A stretch of DNA of 35,101 bases, taken from contig JBPYEE010000054.1 of NCBI GenBank assembly GCA_051985095.1, positions 1-35,101 of the forward strand. Direction: 5' to 3'. The notes beneath the pieces are model-generated. The model was not told the DNA's origin. It worked only from the letters and a program-made list of their open reading frames with translations, and searched no databases. The translations under genes were made by a program, and so were the position numbers. Origin of the DNA: Vicinamibacterales bacterium. GTDB taxonomy: Bacteria > Acidobacteriota > Vicinamibacteria > Vicinamibacterales > CAVVIG01. Of the stretch, positions 7,690-15,873 are shown one piece after another (position 1 is the first letter of the stretch; the number at the start of each line of letters is the position of its first letter).

Positions 7690-10600
7690 GTGGCGCGCTC
7701 GTCGAGCAATTCGCTCGCGCTTTTTCATCCCGCGGTCTCCGACTGGTTCTCCGCGTCATTCGACGCCCCGACGCGGCCGCAGGAGCTCGGCTGGCCGGCA
7801 ATTGCGCGGCGCGAGTCGACGCTCATCCTCGCGCCGACGGGCAGCGGCAAGACGCTGGCGGCGTTCCTCTGGTGTCTCGATCGGTTGATGTTTGCGCCGG
7901 CGCCGCCCCGGAGCGGCCGCTGTCGCGCGCTCTACGTGTCGCCGCTCAAGGCGCTGGCCGTGGACGTGGAACGGAACCTCCGCGCGCCGCTGGCCGGCAT
8001 CGCGCAGGTCGCCGCGCGGCGGGGTGAGGCGGTCACGCCGCTGGCGATCGCGATTCGCACGGGCGACACGCCGCAGAGCGATCGCGCCCGGTTTCAGCGC
8101 GAACCCGCCGACATCCTGATCACGACGCCGGAATCGCTGTATCTCCTGCTGACATCGAACGCGCGCGACGCGCTGCGGTCAATCGACACGCTCATCATCG
8201 ACGAGATCCACGCGCTGGTGCCGACCAAGCGGGGCGCGCATCTCGCGCTGTCGCTCGAACGCCTCGAGGACCTCTGCGTCGCGTCGCCTCAGCGAATCGG
8301 CCTGTCGGCAACCCAGCGTCCGCTCGACGAGGTGGCGCGGTTCCTCGGCGGGGCGCGGCCGCCCGATCGCGGCGCGACGCGGGGCAGGCGGCCGACGCCG
8401 GCGCATGCCCGCGCCACCGACAGCGCCGCCTCGGCCGAGGCCGACCTCGAACGCGAATTCGCGTCCCATCGCGGGACCGTCCACTATCGACCGGTCACGA
8501 TCGTCGACGCCGGCGAAAAGAAGGCGTTGGCGCTGACGATCGAAGTACCGGTTGAGGACATGGCGAAGCTCACGACGGCCGACGACATCCCGAGCGGTCC
8601 CGCCTCGGTCGGCGACACGCGACCGTCGATCTGGTCGGCGATCCATCCGCGTCTGCTCGAGCTGATCCGCGCGCATCGATCGACGCTGATCTTCGTGAAC
8701 AGCCGGCGCCTCGCCGAACGGCTCGCTGGCGCGCTCAACGAGCTCGCCGGCGAGACGCTCGTCCGCTCGCATCACGGGTCGATCGCCCGGACCCAGCGCG
8801 TCGAGGTCGAGGACCTGCTCAAGGCGGGGCTCCTGCGGGCGCTCGTCGCGACCTCGTCGCTCGAGCTCGGGATCGATATGGGCGCCATCGACCTCGTGGT
8901 TCAGATTGAGGCGCCGCCGTCGGTCGCGAGCGGACTGCAACGGATCGGCCGTGGCGGTCATACGGCGCACGCGATCAGTGAAGGCGTCATCTTCCCGAAG
9001 TTCCGCGGCGACCTGGTGGCCTGCGCGGCGGTCGCGAAGGCCATGCATGAGGGGGCGGTCGAAGCGACGCGCTATCCACGCAATCCCCTCGATATCGTCG
9101 CGCAGCACGTGGTGGCGATGACGTCGATGGATCCCTGGGACGTGGACGCTTTGTTTGCCCTCGTCCGCCGCGCCGCGCCGTTTGCGGAGCTGTCGCGCAC
9201 CGTGTTCGACGGCGTGCTCGACATGCTGTCGGGCCGGTATCCGTCCGATGAGTTCGCGGAACTCCGGCCGCGCGTCACCTGGGATCGCGTGGGCGGCACA
9301 TTGGCGGCGCGGGAGGGTGCCAAGCGCGTGGCGATCGCAAACGGCGGGACGATCCCCGATCGCGGCCTGTACGGGGTCTTTCTGCTCGGCGCGGGACCGG
9401 GCGCCGCGCGCGTCGGGGAACTCGACGAAGAAATGGTCTTCGAAAGCCGCGTCGGCGAAACCTTCGTCCTCGGCGCCTCATCGTGGCGCATCGAGGAGAT
9501 CACGCATGACCGGGTGATTGTGTCGCCGGCCCCCGGCGAGCCGGGCAAAATGCCCTTCTGGAAAGGCGACCGTGCCGGACGGCCGCTCGAGCTCGGACTC
9601 GCGATCGGCCACCTGACGCACGACCTGCTGCGGCTGCCGGCGGCCGCCGCCGTCGATCGTCTGACCCGCGAGCACGACCTCGACGCGCGCGCCGCCGAGA
9701 ACCTGCTGCAGTACCTGCGCGATCAGCTCGCCGCGGCCCGCGCGGTCCCCGACGCCTCGACGGTCGTCGTCGAGCGCGTGCGCGACGAGCTCGGCGACTG
9801 GCGGGTCTGCGTGCTCTCCCCGCGCGGGGGACGAATCCACGCGCCATGGGCGATGGCGGTCGCCGCGAAGGTTCGCGAAGAGACGGGAGCTGACGTCGAG
9901 ACGCTCTGGGGCGACGATGGTTTTGTCGTGCGGTTTCCGGACGTCGACCAGCCGCCGGACCCGCGGCTGCTCACTCCGGATCCGGACGAGGCCGCCTCGC
10001 TGGTCGTGCGGCAGCTCGGCGCGACGGCGCTCTTCGCCGGAAAGTTTCGGGAAAACGCAGCGCGCTCGCTGCTGCTGCCCAAACACCGGCCCGGCACGCG
10101 GGCGCCCCTGTGGCAACAGCGCAAGCGCGCGGCTGACCTGCTCGCGGTCGCCTCGCGCTACGGCTCGTTTCCGGTGCTGCTCGAGACCTACCGCGAGTGT
10201 CTGCGTGATTTCTTCGACATGCCCGCGCTGGTGTCGACGCTCGCCGACCTGCGCAGCCGCCGGATTCGTCTGGTGACCGTCGACTCGGAGACTCCGTCGC
10301 CCTTTGCGGCGTCGCTGCTCTTCACCTACGTCGCGAGCTTCATCTACGATGGCGATGCGCCCCTGGCCGAGCGGCGCGCCCAGGCCCTCGCCGTCGACCA
10401 GTCACAGCTGCGCGAGCTGCTCGGCGACGCCGAGCTTCGCGATTTGCTCGACGCCGATGCGATCGACGCACTCGAGTACCACCTGCAACGGCTCGACCTG
10501 GCACACCAGGCGAAAAGCGCTGACGCGGTCCACGATCTTTTGCTGGGCCTCGGCGATTTGACGCGTGAGGAGCTGGCGGCGCGGTGCGCCACGATTGACG

Positions 10601-12426
10601 CGGCGGCCACCCTCGACGATCTCGTGCGGGCACGCCGGGCGCTCGAAATCCGGGTGGGCGGCGATCCCCGTTTTATCGCGATCGAGGACGCCGCGCGGTT
10701 CCGCGACGCGATCGGCGTTCCGCTGCCTCCCGGAGTGCCCGAATCGCTGCTGTCGCCGGTTCGGGACCCCGCCGGCGATCTCGCGCTGCGGTACGCGCGC
10801 ACGCACGCGCCGTTCATCGCAACCGATTTCGCGGCGCGCTACGGCCTCGGCGTGCACGCGGCGGAAGCCATCCTGACGCGCCTGACGGCGGAAGGCCGAC
10901 TCGTCGAGGGTGAGTTCCGGCCAGGCGGCACCAAACGCGAGTGGACCGACGCCGCGGTGCTTCGCATGATTCGCCGCCGCTCGCTCGCGAAGCTCCGACA
11001 GGAAGTGGAGCCGGTCGACCAGTCGGTGCTCGGCCGCTTCACGGCCACGTGGCAGGGAATCGTCAAGCGGCGATCGGGCGCCGATGCGCTCCTCGACGCA
11101 ATCGAGCAGGTGCAGGGAGCACCCCTTCCGGCTTCGATTCTGGAGACGGAGATTCTGCCGGCGCGTGTCGACCTGTACGATCCGGCCGATCTCGACGCGG
11201 TGACGGCTGCGGGCGAGGTCGTGTGGGTCGGGATCGAGCCGCTCGGAGAGCGCGACGGCCGGGTCGCGCTCTATCTCGCCGATCACCTGCCGCGCCTCAT
11301 CGCCCCGGCCAGCCGCCCGTCACGGCCCGACGGCGAGCGGGAACGTGCGATTCTCGAGTACCTCCGCGCGAACGGCGCGTCGTTTTTCGGTCCGCTGCAC
11401 GAAGCCGTTGGTGGCGGCTATCCCAATACGACCGTCGACGCGCTGTGGGAGCTCGTGTGGCGGGGCGATATCACCAATGACACGTTCCATGCCCTGCGGG
11501 CGTTTACGAGGGCGCACGCAGCACGCCGCAAAATGCGCCGGCTCGAACCGGCGGCGTTCCGGTCGCGCCGACTCGCGCCGCCGTCGGCGGAAGGGCGCTG
11601 GACGCTCGTCCGTCGGGGCGCGAAGCAGGATGCGACGAAGTGGGCCGCTGCCCTCACCGAGCAACTGCTGGCGCGCCACGGCGTGGTGACGCGCGAAGCC
11701 GTCGCCGCCGAAGCCATTCCCGGCGGATTCGGCCTCGTCTATACGGTGCTGAAAGGACTGGAGGAAAACGGACGGATCCGGCGCGGGTACTTCGTCGCCG
11801 GGCTCGGCGCGACGCAGTTTGCGCTGCCAGGCGCGCTCGATCTGTTGCGATCGCTCAGGGACGCGCCCGACGATGCGGAAATCGTCACGCTTGCGGCCAC
11901 CGACCCGGCCAATCCGTACGGCGCGACCCTGAAATATCCCCGGCCGGGCGAGACGGGCGCGACGGGCTCGGCACGGGCCGGCCGCGGCCCCGTGCGAACG
12001 GTCGGCGCAACGGCGATCCTCGTCAACGGGGCGTTGGCGGCGTACCTGGCACGCGGCGATCGACAGCTGCTGACGTTTCTGCCCGACGGCGAACCGATCC
12101 GAACGAAAACGGCGCGCGGGATCGCGCGGACGCTGATCGACCGCGCTCGCACCGGTACCGTGCAGGCCGACGCACCTCGGGGCATGCTGATCGAGGAAAT
12201 CGACGGCGTCTCGCCGTCCCTCCATCCGATGGCGCCGTTTCTGGCTGAAGCGGGATTCGTCGCCGGGGCGTTGGGGATGCAGGCGACGCTGGGGCGTCCA
12301 TCCCCGCCCCCCGCCCATCAGGCCGCGACCGGCCGGCCGTTCATCGCGAACCGCCGGCCGGCCAGGTCAACGATTTCGAGTCCTTTCGCGCGCCGTTACT
12401 TCGACGAAGGCGAGGACGACGCGTGA
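7690..12426 (+). CDS. lhr: Lhr-family ATP-dependent DNA helicase (large helicase-related protein, long form)
   Basis: 1578-aa ORF with a GTG start. N-terminus FHPAVSDWFSASF...PTRPQ..GWPAI, Walker A LILAPTGSGKTLAAF, DEIH box LIIDEIHAL, then GLSATQRP, SHHGSIAR and LQRIGRGGH. Its length matches long Lhr proteins (E. coli and mycobacterial Lhr are about 1500 aa). Confidence 0.93.
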   Translation: MARSSSNSLALFHPAVSDWFSASFDAPTRPQELGWPAIARRESTLILAPTGSGKTLAAFLWCLDRLMFAPAPPRSGRCRALYVSPLKALAVDVERNLRAPLAGIAQVAARRGEAVTPLAIAIRTGDTPQSDRARFQREPADILITTPESLYLLLTSNARDALRSIDTLIIDEIHALVPTKRGAHLALSLERLEDLCVASPQRIGLSATQRPLDEVARFLGGARPPDRGATRGRRPTPAHARATDSAASAEADLEREFASHRGTVHYRPVTIVDAGEKKALALTIEVPVEDMAKLTTADDIPSGPASVGDTRPSIWSAIHPRLLELIRAHRSTLIFVNSRRLAERLAGALNELAGETLVRSHHGSIARTQRVEVEDLLKAGLLRALVATSSLELGIDMGAIDLVVQIEAPPSVASGLQRIGRGGHTAHAISEGVIFPKFRGDLVACAAVAKAMHEGAVEATRYPRNPLDIVAQHVVAMTSMDPWDVDALFALVRRAAPFAELSRTVFDGVLDMLSGRYPSDEFAELRPRVTWDRVGGTLAAREGAKRVAIANGGTIPDRGLYGVFLLGAGPGAARVGELDEEMVFESRVGETFVLGASSWRIEEITHDRVIVSPAPGEPGKMPFWKGDRAGRPLELGLAIGHLTHDLLRLPAAAAVDRLTREHDLDARAAENLLQYLRDQLAAARAVPDASTVVVERVRDELGDWRVCVLSPRGGRIHAPWAMAVAAKVREETGADVETLWGDDGFVVRFPDVDQPPDPRLLTPDPDEAASLVVRQLGATALFAGKFRENAARSLLLPKHRPGTRAPLWQQRKRAADLLAVASRYGSFPVLLETYRECLRDFFDMPALVSTLADLRSRRIRLVTVDSETPSPFAASLLFTYVASFIYDGDAPLAERRAQALAVDQSQLRELLGDAELRDLLDADAIDALEYHLQRLDLAHQAKSADAVHDLLLGLGDLTREELAARCATIDAAATLDDLVRARRALEIRVGGDPRFIAIEDAARFRDAIGVPLPPGVPESLLSPVRDPAGDLALRYARTHAPFIATDFAARYGLGVHAAEAILTRLTAEGRLVEGEFRPGGTKREWTDAAVLRMIRRRSLAKLRQEVEPVDQSVLGRFTATWQGIVKRRSGADALLDAIEQVQGAPLPASILETEILPARVDLYDPADLDAVTAAGEVVWVGIEPLGERDGRVALYLADHLPRLIAPASRPSRPDGERERAILEYLRANGASFFGPLHEAVGGGYPNTTVDALWELVWRGDITNDTFHALRAFTRAHAARRKMRRLEPAAFRSRRLAPPSAEGRWTLVRRGAKQDATKWAAALTEQLLARHGVVTREAVAAEAIPGGFGLVYTVLKGLEENGRIRRGYFVAGLGATQFALPGALDLLRSLRDAPDDAEIVTLAATDPANPYGATLKYPRPGETGATGSARAGRGPVRTVGATAILVNGALAAYLARGDRQLLTFLPDGEPIRTKTARGIARTLIDRARTGTVQADAPRGMLIEEIDGVSPSLHPMAPFLAEAGFVAGALGMQATLGRPSPPPAHQAATGRPFIANRRPARSTISSPFARRYFDEGEDDA

Positions 12427-13055
12427 GGCTTCGTCACGCGGATTTCGGAGGCGTGCAACATGTCGGCATCGCCTTTGTGGAACCAGACGCCGACCGTGTC
12501 GCCGACCGCCACGGCGTCGGTGATCGTGATGCGTCCACCGTTCGTGGCGGCCATCGTGCCGAGGCCCTTGCCGATCACCTTCGTGCGTGGATCGATTGTG
12601 AACGTCTGCGTAAAGGACGCGTTTCCCATCGTCCCTTTGATTGCCAGCGACGTCGCCGACACGGCCGTCACGCGCCCTGCCGAATGCTCGTCGCCCTCGC
12701 CCTCGGTCAACCGGGCGATTGCGCGGATGCGGGCCGCACGGAACTGACCCGATTGATCCGCGTAGGTAATCTCCACGGACTGGCCCATGCGCAGGAGCTC
12801 CCCGACTTGCGGGCCGGGACGGCCCGCGTTTTGGGCGGCGCGCGTCTTGGTGCCGGCGCCGACCGCCTCGACCACCGTGTGAGTGTCGACGGCGAAGACC
12901 ATGTCGCGGGCGCCGGCCCGCATGGTGATCGAGTCGGTTCCGATCGAGGTAATCGTTCCGCGCGTCATGTGTGTGTTCTGAGCGACGGCCGTCGCCACGT
13001 CCCAGCCAAACAGCGCGACGACGATGACTGACCAAGCGACGATCCTGCGAGTCAT
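12396..13055 (-). CDS. Secreted protein with two internally repeated beta-rich modules (DUF5666-like by eye)
   Basis: 219 aa. Strong SD AAGGAGG (13068..13062) lies 6 nt upstream of ATG 13055. Signal-peptide-like N-terminus MTRRIVAWSVIVVALFGWDVATAVAQ. Two similar modules: RGTITSIGTDSITMRAG...FAVDTHTVV and GRVTAVSATSLAIKGT...FTIDPRTKVIG. Confidence 0.7.
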   Translation of the reverse strand: MTRRIVAWSVIVVALFGWDVATAVAQNTHMTRGTITSIGTDSITMRAGARDMVFAVDTHTVVEAVGAGTKTRAAQNAGRPGPQVGELLRMGQSVEITYADQSGQFRAARIRAIARLTEGEGDEHSAGRVTAVSATSLAIKGTMGNASFTQTFTIDPRTKVIGKGLGTMAATNGGRITITDAVAVGDTVGVWFHKGDADMLHASEIRVTKPHASSSPSSK

Positions 13056-13078
13056 AGCGGCCCTCCTTCTAAGGCGCT

Positions 13079-13882
13079 GTGCCTGAAGGCGATACCATCC
13101 TGCTTACCGCGCGGACCCTCCACCGCGCCCTGGCCGGGTCGCGTGTGGTGCGATTCGAATCGGTCTTCCCGCTGATCACGCGCGCTTCCGGCGAAGATCG
13201 GATCATCGGGCGGGTCGTCGAATCGGTGTCGGCGCGGGGCAAGCACCTGCTCATCGCCTTTTCCGGTGATCTCGTCCTGCGCACGCACATGCGGATGAAC
13301 GGCAGCTGGCACATCTATCCGCCGGGCGCGCGCTGGCGGCGCCCGGCGCACCAGGCGCGCCTACTCGTCGCCACCGAACGAGCGGTGGCAGTCGGCTTCA
13401 ACGTGCCTGTCGCAGAGCTGCTGCCGGCTCGCCAGCTCGCGCGGCACGACGAGCTGCGATCGCTCGGACCCGATCTCCTTGCCGAGCCGTTCGACGCGGG
13501 CGAGGCCATGAAACGCGTCAGAAGCCACCCGCGCGAGCCCATCGGCGAGGTTCTCCTCGACCAGCGCGTGGTGGCCGGCCTCGGCAACGTGTTCAAGTCA
13601 GAAATCCTGTTTCTGGCCGGAATCGACCCGTTCGCGGCCACGTCGCAGCTCACCGATGCGCAGCTCGATCACATGCTCACGCTTGCGCGGAAACTGATGA
13701 AGGTCAGCGTCGCGATCGGACGCCGTGTGACGCGGAGCAGTCTCGACCCCTCACGCCGCCTGTGGGTCTACGGGCAGGGCGGCCAGCCCTGTTACCGGTG
13801 TCGCACGACAGTCCAGGCGAAGAAGACGGGCCCTCATGCGCGAATCACGTACTGGTGTCCACGCTGCCAGTCCGGGGCATGA
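13079..13882 (+). CDS. nei: Fpg/Nei-family DNA glycosylase / AP lyase (endonuclease VIII-like)
   Basis: 267 aa. N-terminal MPEGDT (catalytic Pro2/Glu3), H2TH region ...LLDQRVVAGLGNVFKSEILFLAGIDPF..., and a C-terminal zinc finger CYRC-x16-CPRC. Confidence 0.9.
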   Translation: MPEGDTILLTARTLHRALAGSRVVRFESVFPLITRASGEDRIIGRVVESVSARGKHLLIAFSGDLVLRTHMRMNGSWHIYPPGARWRRPAHQARLLVATERAVAVGFNVPVAELLPARQLARHDELRSLGPDLLAEPFDAGEAMKRVRSHPREPIGEVLLDQRVVAGLGNVFKSEILFLAGIDPFAATSQLTDAQLDHMLTLARKLMKVSVAIGRRVTRSSLDPSRRLWVYGQGGQPCYRCRTTVQAKKTGPHARITYWCPRCQSGA

Positions 13883-13928
13883 GCGGACGTGCGGCGTGAC
13901 GAAGGGGCCACCGCGGGTCCGCGGGCGC

Positions 13929-14732
13929 TCAACGAATCCGATCGGGACAGGCGTAAATGTTGAAGCTGTCGCCGCGCGCAAAACCCACCAGGGTGATGCC
14001 GGCCGCGACCGCCAGATCGATCGCCAGGCTTGATGGCGCCGAGACGGCCGCCAGAATGGGGATGCCGGCCACGGCGGCTTTCTGCACGATCTCGAACGAC
14101 GTGCGGCCACTCACGCAGAGGGCGTACGCCGACAGCGGCAGGTCGTCTCGCATCACGCGTCGGCCGATCACCTTGTCAACTGCGTTGTGGCGCCCGACAT
14201 CTTCAGCCACATCGACCAGCATGCCGTCGGCGGCAAATAGTCCGGCGGCGTGCAACCCGCCCGTCTCGTCAAACGCCGGCTGCGCCGCTCGCAAGCGGGT
14301 TGGGAGCGACGCGACGACGGCCCAGGGCATCGTGGTGGTCGAGGCAACGGCCGGCAGGTCTTCCGTCAGCGAGTCGATTGTCTGCCGGCCGCAGACTCCG
14401 CACGCGGAGGCCGCCGCGAGGTCGCGCCGGTGGCCGAGGGCCTGCGCGACCATGCGCTCATCGGCAAACGTCACATTGACCACGTTGTCGTTGCCGGCGT
14501 CGGCGCAGTGCTCGATCAAGGCCAGGTCGTCGCTCGTCCGGATCAGCCGCTCAGCCAGCAGAAACCCGGCCGCAAGCTCGCGATCACTGCCGGGCGTGCG
14601 CATGATCGTGGCAAACGGCTCGCCGTGCACCCGGATCGTGAGCGGTTCCTCGGCTGCCGCGCGATCCGTCGCCGCCATCCGCCCGCCGCCGTGGACGCGG
14701 ACGATCTCGACCGCCTGCGTCAAGCGCGTCAC
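13929..14732 (-). CDS. fdhD: Formate dehydrogenase accessory sulfurtransferase FdhD
   Basis: 267 aa with ...EEPLTIRV.G..FATIMRTPG.DRELAAGFLLAE..., the catalytic loop ...SACGVCG..., ...GGLHAAGLF..., ...EDVGRHNAVDKVIG... and ...VSGRTSFEIVQKAAVAGIPILAAVSAPSSLAI.... Confidence 0.9.
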   Translation of the reverse strand: MTRLTQAVEIVRVHGGGRMAATDRAAAEEPLTIRVHGEPFATIMRTPGSDRELAAGFLLAERLIRTSDDLALIEHCADAGNDNVVNVTFADERMVAQALGHRRDLAAASACGVCGRQTIDSLTEDLPAVASTTTMPWAVVASLPTRLRAAQPAFDETGGLHAAGLFAADGMLVDVAEDVGRHNAVDKVIGRRVMRDDLPLSAYALCVSGRTSFEIVQKAAVAGIPILAAVSAPSSLAIDLAVAAGITLVGFARGDSFNIYACPDRIR

Positions 14733-14741
14733 ACCAGGATC

Positions 14742-14769
14742 TTAGACGACGGCAGGCCTAAACTAAAAT
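14742..14769 (+). promoter_or_regulatory. Putative sigma70-like promoter (TTAGAC-N16-TAAAAT) directly abutting the yajQ start
   Basis: TTAGAC at 14742..14747 and TAAAAT at 14764..14769, with the ATG at 14776 and no SD. This would give a leaderless or near-leaderless mRNA. Confidence 0.3.
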
Positions 14770-14775
14770 GCCCGG

Positions 14776-15276
14776 ATGGCCGCGAACGTCTCGTTCGACA
14801 TTACCTCCACGATCGACTTCGCCGAAGTCGACAACGCGCTGAATCAAGCCCGGAAGGAAGTGGGCCAGCGGTACGACTTCAAGGGCGTGACCGCCGAGAT
14901 CGACTTGAGCGAAAAGGACAAGACGCTGACGCTCGTCACCGACGACGACTTCAAAATGAATGCGCTGTGGGAGATCGTCCAGACGCGCCTGGTGCGGCGG
15001 GGGGTGCCGATCAAGAACTTCCAGGTGCCCGCCAGCGAGCCGGCGGCCGGCGGCAAGGTCCGCCGCGCGATTCAGATTCAGCAGGGCATCCCGATCGAGG
15101 CGGCACGCGCCATCGTGAAGTTCATCAAGGACAAGAAACTCAAGAAGGTGCAGGCCGCGATTCAGGCGGATCAGGTCCGCGTGTCGTCGCCGTCAAAGGA
15201 CGAGCTGCAGGAGGCGATTCACGCGCTGCGTGAGCACGACTTCGGGGTTGCGCTGCAGTTCGGCAACTACCGGTAG
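14776..15276 (+). CDS. yajQ: YajQ-family nucleotide-binding protein (UPF0234)
   Basis: 166 aa. ...SFDITSTIDFAEVDNALNQARKEVGQRYDFKG... through ...DELQEAIHALREHDFGVALQFGNYR is the characteristic YajQ sequence pattern. Confidence 0.92.
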   Translation: MAANVSFDITSTIDFAEVDNALNQARKEVGQRYDFKGVTAEIDLSEKDKTLTLVTDDDFKMNALWEIVQTRLVRRGVPIKNFQVPASEPAAGGKVRRAIQIQQGIPIEAARAIVKFIKDKKLKKVQAAIQADQVRVSSPSKDELQEAIHALREHDFGVALQFGNYR

Positions 15277-15478
15277 GCGCGGGGTCGGGTCTCGCGCTGC
15301 TTCCTCTTCTCCTTCTTTTTCTCTCCCCGACCCGTCGTCGGTCCGATTGAGCAGCCGCTGCGACGGGTGGTCGGTCATCTGCTGGGCCGGATAGCGGACG
15401 TCGCAACAGGATTTCTTCGCGCGAGACCGTGCGCAGCTCGTCGGCCGTCTAGCGATCGAGCGGCATCGATCCGGGGCT

Positions 15479-15793
15479 TCAGGCGGCCGGATCCCTGGCC
15501 ACGATCAGCGCAAACGCCGGCGTCGCTTGCAGTTCGAACGACCCGACCACGCGGAGAACGGCCAGGACGAACATCGTGGTGAACGCGGCCGGCATCCAGA
15601 CGCGAAGGCCGGATGCCAGCCCACTGGCGAGCGTCAACCGCATGACGCCGGCATCCTTCTCTTCCTCGGTCTTCGACCGACTGGGCACGAGCCTGGCGGT
15701 ACCGTCGAAGCGCCAAACGCGCGCGCGCGGCTTGCTCCGACGAGGAGCATCCGGCGCGGTCGCCAGCCCCGGCGACACCGTGGCCATCAGCAT
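15479..15793 (-). CDS. Hypothetical small protein with a C-terminal hydrophobic segment (weak call)
   Basis: 104-aa ORF in an otherwise unassigned 600-bp gap. Third-codon positions are mostly G/C, as in the real genes here, and there is a hydrophobic stretch MPAAFTTMFVLAVLRVVG. No recognisable family and no convincing SD. Confidence 0.3.
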   Translation of the reverse strand: MLMATVSPGLATAPDAPRRSKPRARVWRFDGTARLVPSRSKTEEEKDAGVMRLTLASGLASGLRVWMPAAFTTMFVLAVLRVVGSFELQATPAFALIVARDPAA

Positions 15794-15873
15794 CGGCAGA
15801 CGCGATCAGCAGCCTCCACCTGCCTCCGCATGGCTGAGCTGGGCAAGAACACGCCTACGGTCGAGCTGCTCGC

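Noticed and set aside
8179-12318. Minus-strand ORFs inside lhr (8179..9108, 9478..10116, 10402..11286, 11320..12318)
   Set aside because: They are antisense to a helicase gene with all its motifs intact. The products are low-complexity and Arg/Asp-rich.
13883-13928. Hairpin between the convergent nei and fdhD genes as an intrinsic terminator
   Set aside because: There is only a 6-bp CCGCGG-based stem with a 4-nt loop and no U-tract. This is too weak to call from sequence alone.
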